A stretch of 64,000 bases of DNA, taken from the NCBI RefSeq assembly GCF_009914755.1, contig NC_060928.1; one strand, written 5' to 3'. Under the pieces are notes generated by a model. The model had not been told where the DNA came from, searched no databases, and was given only the letters and a program-made list of their open reading frames with translations. This DNA is from the human T2T-CHM13v2.0 reference genome, Homo sapiens. This document shows, piece by piece, positions 12,386 to 30,999 of the stretch; position 1 is the first letter of the stretch, and each line of letters begins with the position of its first letter. The translations under genes were made by a program, and so were the position numbers.

Positions 12386-13180
12386 CTCAGGCACGTCTGA
12401 ATTTTCAGTGAATGGGGTCTAAGTGATTGAGTTGTGCTCTTTCAGGTGGCCCCACTTTGCTCTCTTCACCTTCCTGTCAAATATGACACATTAGCACATC
12501 TCAGGAAATATCAGTAACCTTCTGAAAGACTCTCATTTCTGATCTCTGCATCTCATGTATGGCTTGCTCCTGTTGCAAAGATTGTTTTCTAATAAGCAAA
12601 AACATTTTACTCAGGTGAATTTGAACACAATCGCTGTGGTATTTCCCAGGGAGCTGTCTTTGAAATCAACAAGCAAATCAAAATGTTTCATTCACCTGCA
12701 AAGATCCCAATAGGATTGCATGAGAACTCAAAGGCAAGGAGGGCAGGGTGGGACAGGAACGAGCAAAATAATCATCTGTTTTCCCTTGTACAGTCATCGC
12801 TGTTTCCGCGTTGGGAAAGTCCCATGAGGAATCAAGACAGTATTTAAAATGAAAAATCAAAAAATTTTATGTAGTATCTTGATATTCTTCTCAGTTTGCT
12901 ATTTACTCACTTGGGAGAGGTGTGGGGTGCTGGGCTTCTTGAACTTTCTTTTCTGGCAGGAAACCTCGACTGCAACCCAGAGAAACCAATCTTTTCAGAG
13001 ATGTTGATGTGTGGTCCGAATCCACAGGCTGAAAGCATGACATTGATTTGATCTTAATGCATATTAATTTTTCCTATACATAATATAGTCATATTTATTT
13101 TAATATGGAAACAGTATTTCTGCCTTCATCTTCATACATTACTGATGTTCCGGGAAGATGTGTGTATCAGGTTTATTCCT

Positions 13181-13447
13181 TGTGTGGTAATACTGTTAAG
13201 AGAATAGACTCAGGACTCAGATGGACATGGGTTAGAAATCTGGCTTCATTATTTTATAGCATGTGACCTGGGGAAAATAAATTAATTTATCTGAGCCTGT
13301 TTTCTCATCTGAAAAAAAAAAACCCAACAAGATAGCAATATTTCTCTGGCATGGGTGTTGTGAAGATGAGAATTACTTGAGATAATGTATGTAAAGTGCC
13401 TAACAAAGTAACTGGTAACATGCACATAAGAATTAGCGGCTATTACT
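13181..13447 (+). mobile_element. MIR (near full length)
   Basis: TGTGACCTGGGGA...CTGAGCCTGTTTTCTCATCTG...GATAATGTATGTAAAGTGCCT. Confidence 0.8.
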
Positions 13448-14020
13448 TTTATGCTTACTTATTCTTAGAAGGAGGAAAGTGAAGAAATATTTTTAATCTT
13501 GATTACTCTAGTCTTAATCATGGCTGAGATCTTAAAATTGGACATTATGAAACTTCTACAATTCCAGGGTCGTTGTTGTGGGGTTGAGCAAGGACCCTGG
13601 AAGAGAGAAGAAAATATATATATTTGTAAAGAATGGACTCTATTTGAGCAGTGGCTTTGATTTTCTTCAGTTAATTCTTTCCAGTGATCTGATTCTGAAA
13701 GACTGGCTTGCTAATATTTTTATGTGGATCTAAATGTTTACTCAAATAATCATGTGCTTAGAACTGCGGAGGATTTATTGTGCATTGCTATGGCTACCTG
13801 TATTCATTTATTTCATCTTATCAGCTTGATTTATTTGTCTGAGCAGATAGATTTTAGACATCCAAAACGCTTTTTCAAGTAAATACCATAGGATAAAATT
13901 AGAAGATAATAACCAAGGTTTTTCTTGCTGGCTTTTTTTTTTTTTTTTTTGGCCCCCAAACTATTCATTGTTTCTATGGGAAGAGTGAGATGAAGGGAGC
14001 ATTAAGATGTCACCAGAATG

Positions 14021-14404
<384 letters not shown>

Positions 14405-14467
14405 CTAGGGTTTTTTGGAAAAGGTGTTTTGAGGCCAGAGTTTGTCATGAGCCTAAGAGTGCTGGGA

Positions 14468-14978
14468 TGTGGTGGTTTTAAGACCATGTCCACACATTCT
14501 TTGATACTCCTCCCTTTTAGAAGTGGAGCTCGATTCCCCTTCCTTTGAGTGTGGACTGGACTTCCGACTTTCTTGTAACAAAGAGAACATGGCAGAAGGG
14601 ACAGGACATCACATCAAAAGCAGAGTATTAAAAGACTGTGGCTTTTGTCTTGGGAGCTGTTTCTCTCTCTGGGGGAAGCCAGCTTCTGTGTCACGAGGCA
14701 GCCCTGTGGAGAGAAGATGTGAGTGAGTTTGGAAGCAGACCTTTTGAGACTTGCTGGTAGTCCTGAAAGCAGATGCTCACCCAGTGGAGCCTTGAGATGA
14801 TGGTGGCAGAGTCAAAAACAGATTGACACACTCTCATGAGAGACAATGAGCCCCAGAGGCCTCCGGCGAAGTCATGCAAAATTCCTCACCCAGAGAAAGC
14901 ATGAGATCCTAAGTGTTTGTTTTTCTGAGCTGCTATGTTTTGGGGTAAATGTATTATATGTCGATAGATAACTAATAC
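14468..14978 (+). mobile_element. MaLR LTR (MLT1F-like)
   Basis: TGTGGTGGTTTTAA...TTCTTTGATACTCCTCCC...GATAACTAATACA. Confidence 0.8.
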
Positions 14979-15287
14979 AAGTGCCCAATGCACAATGATG
15001 TAAAGCCAGTTTTCTTGTCCAAAGTGGTGAGAAAGACCTGAAGACTTGTTGGTGATAGACGACAGGCAGAGAGAATGTCACTCGGGTTAAGGCAATGATG
15101 GTTCTTCATCTTGGGACATAGGCAAATGTCCCTGGAGTCGATGGAAAATCCTGGCAAGTCTGTAGGATTCTGCAAAGTAAAAAAGACTTAAGTCTTGCTT
15201 CTCAAGGAAGCAGAAAGCTTCCTAAAGAAAATAGTAGCTACTTCATTGAAATGACAGTAGGTAAGATAACAGCCAGTGTATCTAAGT

Positions 15288-15499
15288 CACGGGCTGGCAA
15301 ACTTCTTCTATAAAGAGCCAGATGATATGTATTTTAGGCTGTGGGCCATATAGTCTCGGTTGCAACTCTAGTTGTAGAGTGCGGGCAGCCATGGACAAAA
15401 TGTAAATGAATGGGCATGACTGTGTTCTAGTAAAACTTTATTTATAAACACAGGGAATGGGCCAGATTTGGCTCCTGGGCAATAGTTTGCCAACCCCTG
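15288..15499 (+). mobile_element. MER58A-like hAT MITE
   Basis: TIRs CA(C)GGGCTGGCAAACT ... AGTTTGCCAACCCCTG. Degenerate 8-bp flanks ATCTAAGT/GTCCAAGG. Confidence 0.85.
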
Positions 15500-16175
15500 G
15501 TCCAAGGTAGGAAGACTTAAGTCAAACCCCTGAATCTCTAACAGACCCAAGAGAAGCGGGAAGAAGCTGAGACAAACTGCTGGACCTGACCTCTCAGTGA
15601 GCGAGCAAAGGATGCAGAGAACCTGGGTGGACTGGAGCGCAGACCAGGATGTGAGCATTTCGCCACATCTGCAGTGGCAGGAGGACTGATGACCAAAGGC
15701 TAACTGGAATTGTAGATTTCGACATAAATCAGCATGGATAAACGTGGGAGGTCAAGGATTTCATCTTAGATTTTAATCTCTCCCTTGGGAACAATTTATA
15801 TAACTTTGGTAATTCTGCATCCAAGTTAAATGCTCTTATATTTGCATTTAAAAGTGGCATTTTACAATACAAAGACGAATAGTGAAATTCATGTAAATAG
15901 CGAAAGAGAGAGTATCCTGAATTAACCGAACTCAAATCTCCACATCACTGAGTTTCTTTGAGTTTTCAAAATTTTTTTCCTCTATCATTAAATGGTAAGC
16001 GGAGTCTCAAGAACTAAGTATCAGTCATGGAGAAATAAAAAATGTGAATTTTTGCATACCTGAGCATTGTGATTATACAACATTTGTTTTCTATATGAAT
16101 GTAAAGTTATTAAGAGGTAAAATCAGAAAGATCCAGACTTAGGAGTTGGAGAAGAGCAAAGTTTAGAGCACCTGA

Positions 16176-16507
<332 letters not shown>

Positions 16508-16899
16508 CTCCTATAGCTCTTGACTACATAATTTGAAGGCCCAATGCAAATGGAATGCAGGTCCCCCTTTTTAAAAGCAGGGGCAAACATGCTGTTAAAA
16601 GTAGTGAAATAGAAAAAGCTGTTTCCTGTTTTCCCTGATCTCTTTTTGAACTTGCCACGGTGTTTCATATTTGCTCTTTAATGTTGTTCTAAGGAAAGAA
16701 AAATTAAAATTTGCATTATTTACATGAATTTCACTGTTCATCTTTATATTGTACAATGCCACTTTGAAATGCAAACATAATAGCATTTAACTTGAATGTA
16801 GAATCATCAAAATTATATAACTCGTTCATAGTTTGTAAATGCATATATATTTTGTTCTCAACAGTACAGTAGAAATGCTGCACAAAACTAACTCAATTG

Positions 16900-17218
16900 T
16901 TTTTATTTTACTTTTTTTATTTTTTTACTTTTTTTTGAGATAAGGTTTTGCTTGGTTGCCCAGGCTGGAGAGCAGCAGTGGGATCATGGCTCACTGCAGC
17001 CTTGACCCTCTGGGCTCAAGTGATCCTCCTGCCTCAGCCTCCTGAATAGCTGTGACCACAGGCACATGCCACCATGCCTGCCTAGTTTTTTGATTTTTTG
17101 TAGAGGCGGGGTCTCGCTGTGTTGCCCAGGTTGGTCTTGAAATCCTGGGCTCAAGTGATCTACCCACCTCGGCCTCCCATAGTACTAGGATTACAGGTGT
17201 GAGCCACTGTGCCTGGCT
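16900..17218 (-). mobile_element. AluJ
   Basis: GGCTCACTGCAGCCTTGACC...GGGCTCAAGTGATCCTCC are J diagnostics. Confidence 0.93.
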
Positions 17219-17410
17219 ATTTCACTGTTTGATATGCACACATTCTACCAACAGTCTCCACATTTTGCTTACTGATGCATAAGGAAGGACAGACAGAAAG
17301 GAAAAGGATTTATAGGTCGCATGTCTTTCCCTTTCCTTCTGTGTCATCATTTTCTGCATTAGTGGTTGACTAACAGGGAGGTAATGTGAGGAAGAAAAAA
17401 TAGTATGTTC

Positions 17411-17856
17411 TGTATCTGTTTGCTGGGGCTGCCATAACAAAGTATCAACTGTGTGGCTTATACAACCGAAATTTACTGTCTAACAATTCTGGAAGCTGGA
17501 AATCGGAGATCAAGGTGATTGCAAAATTTTGCTCCCTCTGAAAGGGATAGGGAATGATCTTCCAGGTCTCCCTCCTAGCTCCTGGCAGTTGGTTGGTTTG
17601 TGGCAGCATAACTCTAATCTTCACATAGCATTCTCCCCGTCTGTGTGCTGTGCCCACACTGCCCCTTTTTCTAAGGCCATCAGCCATATTGCAGTAGGGC
17701 CTCCTATCCCGGTATGACCTCATCCTGATTTAATTGATCCTAATTACCATCTGCAAAAACCCTATTTCCAAATACGGTTTCATTGAGAGGTGCTCAAGGT
17801 TAGGGCTTTAACATATGATTTTTGGGGGAGCAAGGGACACAATTGAACCCACAGCA
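17411..17856 (-). mobile_element. MaLR LTR (MLT1B-like)
   Basis: TGTAT...GGCTGCCATAACAAAGTA...CCCTATTTCCAAATA...GGGACACAATTGAACCCACAGCA. Confidence 0.85.
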
Positions 17857-18148
17857 AGCTCTTTGGTTGTTTGGATGCCATAAAACGCTATTGCTTTCCT
17901 TCTGCTCTTGAAGCAAGTTGTGGTTTGAACAGAAAGCATGACTTCTCAGGGCTGTCAGTGTCTCCCGTATTCAGTCATAGACCTGAGTTTTGCTGAAGTC
18001 CCACACACCTTGGATGCACTGGAATTCTGTGCTCATTGGGAACCATGAACATTGTATGCAAACGTACTACCAAGGAACAGAGGCAGATACGCATATTTCA
18101 TGTGTTTCCTGGGCTCTTGTGCATGCTCTACTGTCTCTTTGGACTTCA

Positions 18149-18486
<338 letters not shown>

Positions 18487-18601
18487 AAAACACCAAGTTC
18501 AAAGATAAAATTACGAAGATTGTAAGATAGCAATAATTGAGTATTAAACCAAGTATGGGGATCTTCTGAGCCTGGAGCCCTGTGCAACTTGCCTGGGTGG
18601 C

Positions 18602-19023
18602 TGTATGGCAGATACACCTGACAGCAATAACTCAATCATACCCTGAGAATGACCCTATGGTCTCGGAAGAATGTGTATTCAGAGCTCTCAGCTAAGGAAT
18701 CCAGGAGTGGCCAACCCAGAAACTCACTCCTTATTTATAAGGCCATCTGAACCCCTAGGGCCCATCCCTTGGAACACATGCTGGACAGGGGATTGAGGCT
18801 CTTTGTTCTGGGTTAAATAGAAGTTGCCAGGTGGAGGTTCCTAAGTGAAAATGCCACATAACTTGTATGTTTTTTACAAACAAGAGCAGTTTTCCTGTCC
18901 AGCTCGCTGGTCCTGGACTGCACTGTTTATACCCTATATCTCGTTTGCCAGCTCCAGGTCTCTTCCTTGGCCTCTTGGACACGGTGCCATCCCTGCTGGC
19001 ATCAACAGGGGTCTGGCATGACA
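18602..19023 (+). mobile_element. ERVL solo LTR (LTR47/MER68-like)
   Basis: TGTATGGCAGATACACCTGACAGCAATAAC...GGCATGACA. 5-bp TSD GTGGC/GTCGC. Confidence 0.8.
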
Positions 19024-19678
19024 GTCGCATATACACAAAGCCAGCTCTGTCAAGAACTGGGGCTCAGATCTCTTACCTGAGCTTCATGTCTTGTTCTATG
19101 GTACCCTAGAAATGTGTTGGTGATCAAATCCAACCATTGAAGACCTGGAATTCAGGGAGGGTAAGTGCCCATCCAGAGAGCCCAAGATGACAGGCAGGAC
19201 TGGAATCCAGGTTTCCAGATCCGTGGCCCACTGCTTACTGTACCGTATCACTTTGCCACCTGCTTAGGCAGCAACCCCATTTGCTAAGAGTTAGCTCAGC
19301 ATGAATGCCCCACTGCATGGAGAATCTTTGATGCTGCAGGACACTCAGATGTGTGTACGCTGAGGACAGACCTGCTCTGTTTTCTTATATGGAAATTGAA
19401 GCAAGTGATGTAATGGCTGCTGTTTCCCTTCTCTCATGAATCTTATGGCTGGGTTTAGGGCAATGAGGCAATGAGCAAAGCTGGGTTATTAGAAGGATGA
19501 GTTTTCCAGTTTACTACTCAGAGAAAAGCTTTGAACTTTTGGGGAAGCAAGGCGTCGGGGACCCAGAGGGTGGCTTTATCACATAGCAGGGGCACAATGC
19601 TTAGATCTGGCCCAAGGCAAATGGTCCAGTGATGGAATTGGTTTTTAGGATTGCTCTGACATTCCCTGGTGTCCTTCC

Positions 19679-20130
19679 TGTATCAGTCAACTTATGCTAT
19701 GTAACAACCACCCCAGAACTTGGTGGCTTAAAACAAGGGCCATCCATTTAGCTCCTGACTCTGCGGGTAATTTGGACTGTGCTCCAGCGTGTCTGGTCCA
19801 TCTTGTTCAAGCATTTGTGGCTAGAGGCTGGGGCTTGCTGGCTTAGGAAGGATCAGGGTGGTTTTTGACTGCAGTTTCCCCATGAGGTCTTACTCAACTT
19901 CCAGCGGCTAGCCTGGCCTTGTTCCCAGGGTGATAGCAGGGTTTCAAGCCCTGCAAAAAGGGAAGCTGTCAGACCTGTTGGGACCTAGGATTGGAACTTG
20001 TCCAGTGTCCCTTCTGTCATACTCAATTGCTCAAAGCAGGTCACAAGGACATCTCAGATTCAAGGGGTGGGTAGACTTCACTTCTTTTTGGGAGGGGCTC
20101 TGAAGCATTGTGGCCATCTGCAATCTACCA
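19679..20130 (-). mobile_element. MaLR LTR (MLT1H/I-like)
   Basis: TGTATCAGTC...GTAACAACCACCCCAGAACTTGGTGGCTTAAAACAA...CAATCTACCA. Confidence 0.75.
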
Positions 20131-20362
20131 GTGCCTTCCACCCAGGCCTACTAAGAGTACCTGTCCTTGGTCTCACCCATTTTTTTTTGTCTTCTCCCTG
20201 TTATTCCAGGGCTCTTTATTCAGGATTTTTTTTTATGGGAGAGATCCAGCTTATTTTAGAAATAATTCGTGCCAGGTAATAGATAATAGAAGTGAGAGTA
20301 CTAAAGGGTTACTTTAAGACATTCCTGGTAGTAGAAGTTCTGGGCTTTTAAAAACTCTGTGA

Positions 20363-20671
<309 letters not shown>

Positions 20672-20685
20672 ATCAAGTCTGTCTT

Positions 20686-20818
20686 AAATTCTCACTATCA
20701 TGAAAATTATCTTGGGAGCTTGTTGAAAATATAGATTCCCAGATTCCATCACAGATGTACTAATTCTGTATTTTCTGGAAGAAGCCTGGGCTTCTGTGTA
20801 TTTTCAAGCTTCCTGGCC
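20686..20818. mobile_element. MER5-like hAT relic
   Basis: GGGAGCTTGTTGAAAATATAGATTCCCAG...CTGTGTATTTTCAAGC. Confidence 0.55.
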
Positions 20819-21129
20819 ATCAGGCCATCAGCTTCCTGTGTTAGTTTGTAAGGATGATGCCTATCCTTATTCAGACCCCTTGAAGTTTACAGGTGCAGTC
20901 ACCCTTATAATTGCTCATGGACTCACTTCCTGGATGGCTCTTTTGATTAGCTGGGATTTGGAAACACAGGCTTATCTCGAAAGTATAAGAAGCAACCCCA
21001 CAAGCAGACAGGGGAGGTGTTTGATTCTTGAGGCTCCTGGAGGAACGGACCGTGTTCTATTTATTTCTCTGTTCCCACGGAGCCGGAGAGCTATCATCAG
21101 ATTTGAGGTGCTTACCATGAATTAATTGG

Positions 21130-21317
21130 AGCTGTGGTCCTCACAGGGTGGCTCATGTTCCAGTAGCATCTGCTTTCCTGGGAACAAGCTAGAAATGCAA
21201 ATTATTGGACCTCACCCCAAGCCCTTTGGATTAGACATGAGATGCACATGGGAGGGGGAACTCAGGGCTGGGGAACCTGATAACCATTTGCACACACACA
21301 AACGCGAAGGGACCACC
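21130..21317. mobile_element. MER5A-like hAT relic
   Basis: GTGGTCCTCA...CCTGGGAAC...TAGAAATGCAAATT...GGACCAC. Confidence 0.6.
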
Positions 21318-22640
21318 CCGCCCTTGCTGGAATGAACATGTTCCAACCAGCTCAACCTGCTTGCCCTTTGGGAGAGTCTACCTGTGGCCGCTGAGATCTT
21401 TGAGCAAGGCTGCCCTGCGACCCTTGTCACCTGCGCTAACACACTCCACAATTCTTGCTTCTGAACTCTGGACAGGGCAGCTGGCCCTGCTTATCAGTCA
21501 AGGTCTCCGCGCCAATAGCAAAATGATGGTTCCTGCTGGGTGAATAGAGCTTTTAAGTTGGTGTCAAGATTTTTCCTCCTTGCGTGAAAAGCTTAAAAAA
21601 CTCCTTGCCTTAGGTGGAGTGCTAAGGGCATAGGAATTAAAAGGGAATTGGCGTGAGGGGTCACCATTGCTGCAGAGTTTCAGGCACACACTTAATTATT
21701 AAAGTGCATACACACGACATGCACATACACACCCCGCACAGCTGGGGCAACAAGTTCCTTGTTCTTTGAAGCCAAGTTCCACTTCACTGTGGTTTCCTGG
21801 AAAGCTCTTAGCAAAGAAGGGCATGGCAGGTCCTTGTCATCCAGACTGGGCACAGGAGTTTTTGTTCCCTGGGCCAGAAGGCCAACGAGAGAGGAGGGAT
21901 GTGTAAGAAGAGAAAAGAGCTTGGCCTGGACATTCCAGCCCTGGATATGTCACAAATCTTGGAGCGAGTTGCTTCATGTCCCTGACACTCAGCTCCTTCT
22001 CTGTGAAATGGAACATATATCCAGATTATACCTTCCCCTAAAACATTTTGGAAGATGCTTATAATTTGAGTACTTGTCAAGTAGAAGTTAGAAATATATA
22101 AACAGAAATGAGGAGTTTCTTAGGAGAATTGAACAGAGATTAATGGCAGGGAACTGGATTAGAAAATCTGTACATTAAATTAGATCCTGAGACCTTGGAC
22201 ATCCTGGGAAGGCCTGGAAGAGGTGGACCCGAAAGTTCTTTCTTGCCCAATCAGGTTAAAGAAAAAATGGGAAGAGAGTGAATTGAGGGTGCCGGTGGGG
22301 CTTGGGCTAGCCCATGATGACAGAGGGGAAACATGGAGTCACAATAAAACTCCTCCCCTCCAATCCCCATTCTTTCCTGCTATTCATCTGACTCTGAGAT
22401 TCCCTGAAGTCCCCCTATATGGTGGCTTTGCTTGGCTTTTGTTGGGGGATGCTGCAGTTAAGCATGAGAGAATTCAGACTCCCCTCCTGAATTCTCACTA
22501 GTGAGCTCAGGGCATGTTTCACTGCTACGCTGGCGTTGTACTGGTGAATGCAATTCTGCTTATTTATGGGGTAGGTTTTCAGATGGGGCTTCAAATGGGA
22601 AACGAATCTTTCAACTTGAAGAAGTACAAAATGACCTACT

Positions 22641-22918
22641 CTTTGCTTACTGTGCAAATGAAAAGGTGAGGGATGCTCTTAATGGGTTAAACAGTAAAGA
22701 AGCCAGAGTGGTGGAGACTTGCTGGAAGAGGCTGAATGGGAACAGGGGTGCCTCCACATTCTAGTCTGTGCTAAAGACTTTGCTTTGCTTACTGTGCAAA
22801 TGAAAAGGTGAGGGATGCTCTTAATGGGTTAAACAGTAAAGAAGCCAGAGTGGTGGAGACTTGCTGGAAGAGGCTGAATGGGAACAGGGGTGCCTCCACA
22901 TTCTAGTCTGTGCTAAAG
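22641..22918 (+). repeat. Perfect 136-bp tandem duplication with 6-bp junction insert
   Basis: 22641-22776 is identical to 22783-22918. Spacer ACTTTG. Confidence 0.97.
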
Positions 22919-23701
22919 GCCATGCCTGGACAAGACAACTGTGAAGGGGAAGGACAAGGCGTGGGGTGGGGAGTTTTTCTACCAGATAGCAAGACCGAGG
23001 TGAAGCTGGAGTACAGATGAAGAGTGTTGGCGCAGGTAACTAGGTCACTGGCACAGGAGGGAGAGGCCAGACACAATTCCATGCACGCGTGGTGAGCATT
23101 ACAGAGCGGTGGGAAACTGGGCATTTATCAATAATATGTTTTTATTTCTTGGCAATTGGTTATTAATATGTAGAATAATCAAATGAGATTCCTAACATGT
23201 GGCCTAAAGACCTAATTATGGAAAGACTTAAATATGAAACTTTAAATACGGTTATAAGAAAATAGAACATCTTTGTAAACATAATGTTTAAAAGAATTTC
23301 ATAGTATTCCAAACTTGCAAACCACAGCGAAAATGGAAAAATTTGATTTGCATTAAAACAAAACGTGGTTGTCAAAAGTTACCTTTAAGAAAATAAAAAG
23401 ATAACTCACAGGAAGAAATAAAGAATTAATATCTAGAATACATAAACAACTTCTTTTATTTATTTATTTATTTATTTTATTTTATTTTATTTTTTTATTA
23501 TACTTTAAGTTTTAGGGTACATGTGCACATTGTGCAGGTTAGTTACATATGTATACATGTGCCATGCTGGTGCGCTGCACCCACTAACTCGTCATCTAGC
23601 ATTAGGTATATCTCCCAATGCTACCCCTCCCCCCTCCCCCCACCCCACCACAGTCCCCAGCGTGTGATATTCCCCTTCCTGTGTCCATGTGATCTCATTG
23701 T

Positions 23702-27556
<3,855 letters not shown>

Positions 27557-27592
27557 TTAGTTGATGCAGTTTCTTCCTAGTCTCGATGGTCT

Positions 27593-28609
27593 TTACATTT
27601 TGGCATGATTTTGCAGCGGCTGGTACCGGTTGTTCCTTTCCATGTTTAGCGCTTCCTTCAGGAGCTCTTTTAGGGCAGGCCTGGTGGTGACAAAATCTCT
27701 CAGCATTTGCTTGTCTGTAAAGTATTTTATTTCTCCTTCACTTATGAAGCTTAGTTCGGCTGAATATGAAATTCTGGGTTGAAAATTCTTTTCTTTAAGA
27801 ATGTTGAATATTGGCCCCCACTCCCTTCTGGCTTGTAGGGTTTCTGCCGAGAGATCCGCTGTTAGTCTGATGGGCTTCCCTTTGAGGGTAACCCGACCTT
27901 TCTCTCTGGCTGCCCTTAACATTTTTTCCTTCATTTCAACTTTGGTGAATCTGACAATTGTGTGTCTTGGAGTTGCTCTTCTCGAGGAGTACCTTTGTGG
28001 CGTTCTCTGTATTTCCTGAATCTGAACGTTGGCCTGCCTTGCTAGGTTGGGGAAGTTCTCCTGGATAATATCCTGCAGACTGTTTTCCAACTTGGTTCCA
28101 TTCTCCCCATCACTTTCAGGTACACCAATCAGACGTAGGTTTGGTCTTTTCACATAGTCCCACATTTCTTGGAGGCTTTGCTCATTTCTTTTTATTCTTT
28201 TTTCTCTAAACTTCCCTTCTCGCTTCATTTCATTCATTTCATCTTCCATTGCTGATACCCTTTCTTCCAGTTGATCTCATCAGCTCCTGAGGCTTCTGCA
28301 TTCTTCACGTAGTTCTTGAGCCTTGGTTTTCAGCTCCATCAGCTCCTTTAAGCACTTCTCTGTATTGGTTATTCTAGTTATACATTCTTCTAAATTTTTT
28401 TCAAAGTTTTCAACTTCTTTGCCTTTGGTTTGAATGTCCTCCCGTAGCTCAGAGTAATTTGATCGTCTGAAGCCTTCTTCTCTCAGCTCGTCAAAGTCAT
28501 TCTCCATCCAGCTTTGTTCCGTCACTGGTGAGGAACTGCATTCCTTTGGAGGAGGAGAGGCACTCTGCGTTTTAGAGTTTCCAGTTTTTCTGTTCTGTTT
28601 TTTCCCCAT
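27593..28609 (-). pseudogene. L1 ORF1 with two adjacent nonsense codons (110 and 111)
   Basis: MGKKQNRK...RSLRS then TGA TGA (28277-28282). The in-frame remainder runs to ...NHAKM. Confidence 0.93.
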
Positions 28610-29514
28610 CTTTGCGGTTTTATCTACTTTTGGTCTTTGATGATGGTGATGTACATATGGGTTTTCGGTGTAGATGTCCTTTCTGTTTGTTAGTTTTCCT
28701 TCTAACAGACAGGACCCTCAGCTGCAGGTCTGTTGGAATACCCTGCCGTGTGAGGTGTCAGTGTGCCCCTGCTGGGGGGTGCCTCCCAGTTAGGCTGCTC
28801 GGGGGTCAGGGGTCAGGGACCCACTTGAGGAGGCAGTCTGCCCGTTCTCAGATCTCCAGCTGCATGCTGGGAGAACCACTACTCTCTTCAAAGCTGTCAG
28901 ACAGGGACATTTAAGTCTGCAGAGGTTACTGCTGTCTTTTTGTTTGTCTGTGCCCTGCCCCCAGAGGTGGAGCCTACAGAGGCAGACAGGCCTCCTTGAG
29001 CTGTGGTGGGCTCCACCCAGTTCGAGCTTCCTGGCTGCTTGTTTACCTAAGCAAGCCTGGGCAATGGCGGGCGCCCCTCCCCCAGCCTTGCTGCCGCCTT
29101 GCAGTTTGATCTCAGACTGCTGTGCTAGCAGTCAGCGAGACTCCGTGGGCGTAGGGCCCTCTGAGCCAGGTGCGGCATATAATCTTGTGGTGCGCTGTTT
29201 TTTAAGCCGGTCCGAAAAGCGCAATATTCGGGTGGGAGTGACCCGATTTTCCAGGTGCGTCCGTCACCCCTTTCTTTGACTCGGAAAGGGAACTCCCTGA
29301 CCCCTTGCGCTTCCCAAGTGAGGCAATGCCTCGCCCTGCTTCGGCTCGTGCACGGTGCACGCACCCACTGGCCTGCGCCCACTGTCTGGCACTCTCTAGT
29401 GAGATGAACCCGGTACCTCAGGTGGAAATGCAGAAATCACCGGTCCTCTGCCTCGCTCACGCTGGGAGCTGTAGACCGGAGCTGTTCCTATTAGGCCATC
29501 TTGGCTCCTCCCCC
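28610..29514. promoter_or_regulatory. L1 5'UTR sense and antisense promoter region
   Basis: CpG-rich L1 5'UTR with intact YY1 motif GCCATCTT at ~29495-29502. Confidence 0.75.
29064..29279 (+). CDS. ORF0: L1 antisense ORF0, intact 71 aa
   Basis: GCAATGG Kozak context; MAGAPPPALLPPCSLISDCC...RCVRHPFL*. Splice donors CAG/GTGCGG (29170) and CAG/GTGCGT (29255). Expression is unknown. Confidence 0.75.
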   Translation: MAGAPPPALLPPCSLISDCCASSQRDSVGVGPSEPGAAYNLVVRCFLSRSEKRNIRVGVTRFSRCVRHPFL

Positions 29515-29645
29515 CATAAACAACTTCTTAAATTCAAAAAGTGAAAAACAAACAGTTAGTTAAAATGGGCAAAATGGTTAAGAGATAATTTACTGAAGTG
29601 GAAACATCAATTGCTAATAAACACATGTAAAGATGGCTAACCTTA

Positions 29646-30005
<360 letters not shown>

Positions 30006-30246
30006 AAGCAAGCTAAAATTAGGCATTATTTCACACCATCAGGTTGACAAAAACTCAAACTAAAAAGTATGATGGTACCAAGTTTTGGTTAGGATGTGGG
30101 GTAATGGGACCTCTTATCCATTGCTGGTAGAAATGAAAATTGTTACAGCCACTTTGGAGAAAAATTTGGCAACATCCAGTAAAGTTGAAGATATTCATAC
30201 ACTATTACCAAGAATTACACTTCTAGATACATACCTGATATGAATT

Positions 30247-30358
30247 CATATATATAATGTGCATACATACATATACACACATTCATATAGATATATGTGC
30301 ATATCCATACATATATCTACATATAGACATATATATATATATATACACACACACATAT
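30247..30358. repeat. (TA)/(CA)-rich low-complexity tract
   Basis: Mixed ATATAT/ACACAC runs. Confidence 0.85.
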
Positions 30359-30999
30359 GTCAGGAAACATTAAAAATAATCATAAAAGTATGATTTACAA
30401 TAGTAAAATATTGGAAACTTCCTAGTGTCCATTCGGGGAGAAATAAATTAAGCTCTATGATGGAATTTTATATCGCGGTGAAAAAGAATGAACTAGAGCT
30501 TACATGAATCAATATTGACTAACTCCACAGACATAATGTTGATTAAAGAAAGCAATTTGCAAATAAATATTTGTAGTAATAATATCTACACGAATGTTCA
30601 ATGTATTCAAAAATTCTGTAAGTTGAGTAGAGATCTTTCTCTCTCTCTCTCAATAGGTAGATAGATGGAAAGAGAGAGAGAGCTATCGAATGAGAGAGAA
30701 AGAAGAAAAAAATAAATGCAAATAAATGATAAATCTCTAAAATCAGGACGGGGTTCTTCCTGGGAGGAAAGAAACAGGGGAGGAATCTAGAAGGGTCCTA
30801 TATGGGGGATTTAACTATGTTGGCTATGAATTAGTTTTGAAGTTGGATGATGAATACTGGGTTATTTATTACGTTATCCTTTAAGCTGTTTTGTATGTCT
30901 TAGATATTCCATAATAAATTCAACAGCACTGTTGGTTATCAACCCAAACATGTATCCTTCCTCAGGGACAAATCAGGATTGATTCAATCCAGTCACAGT

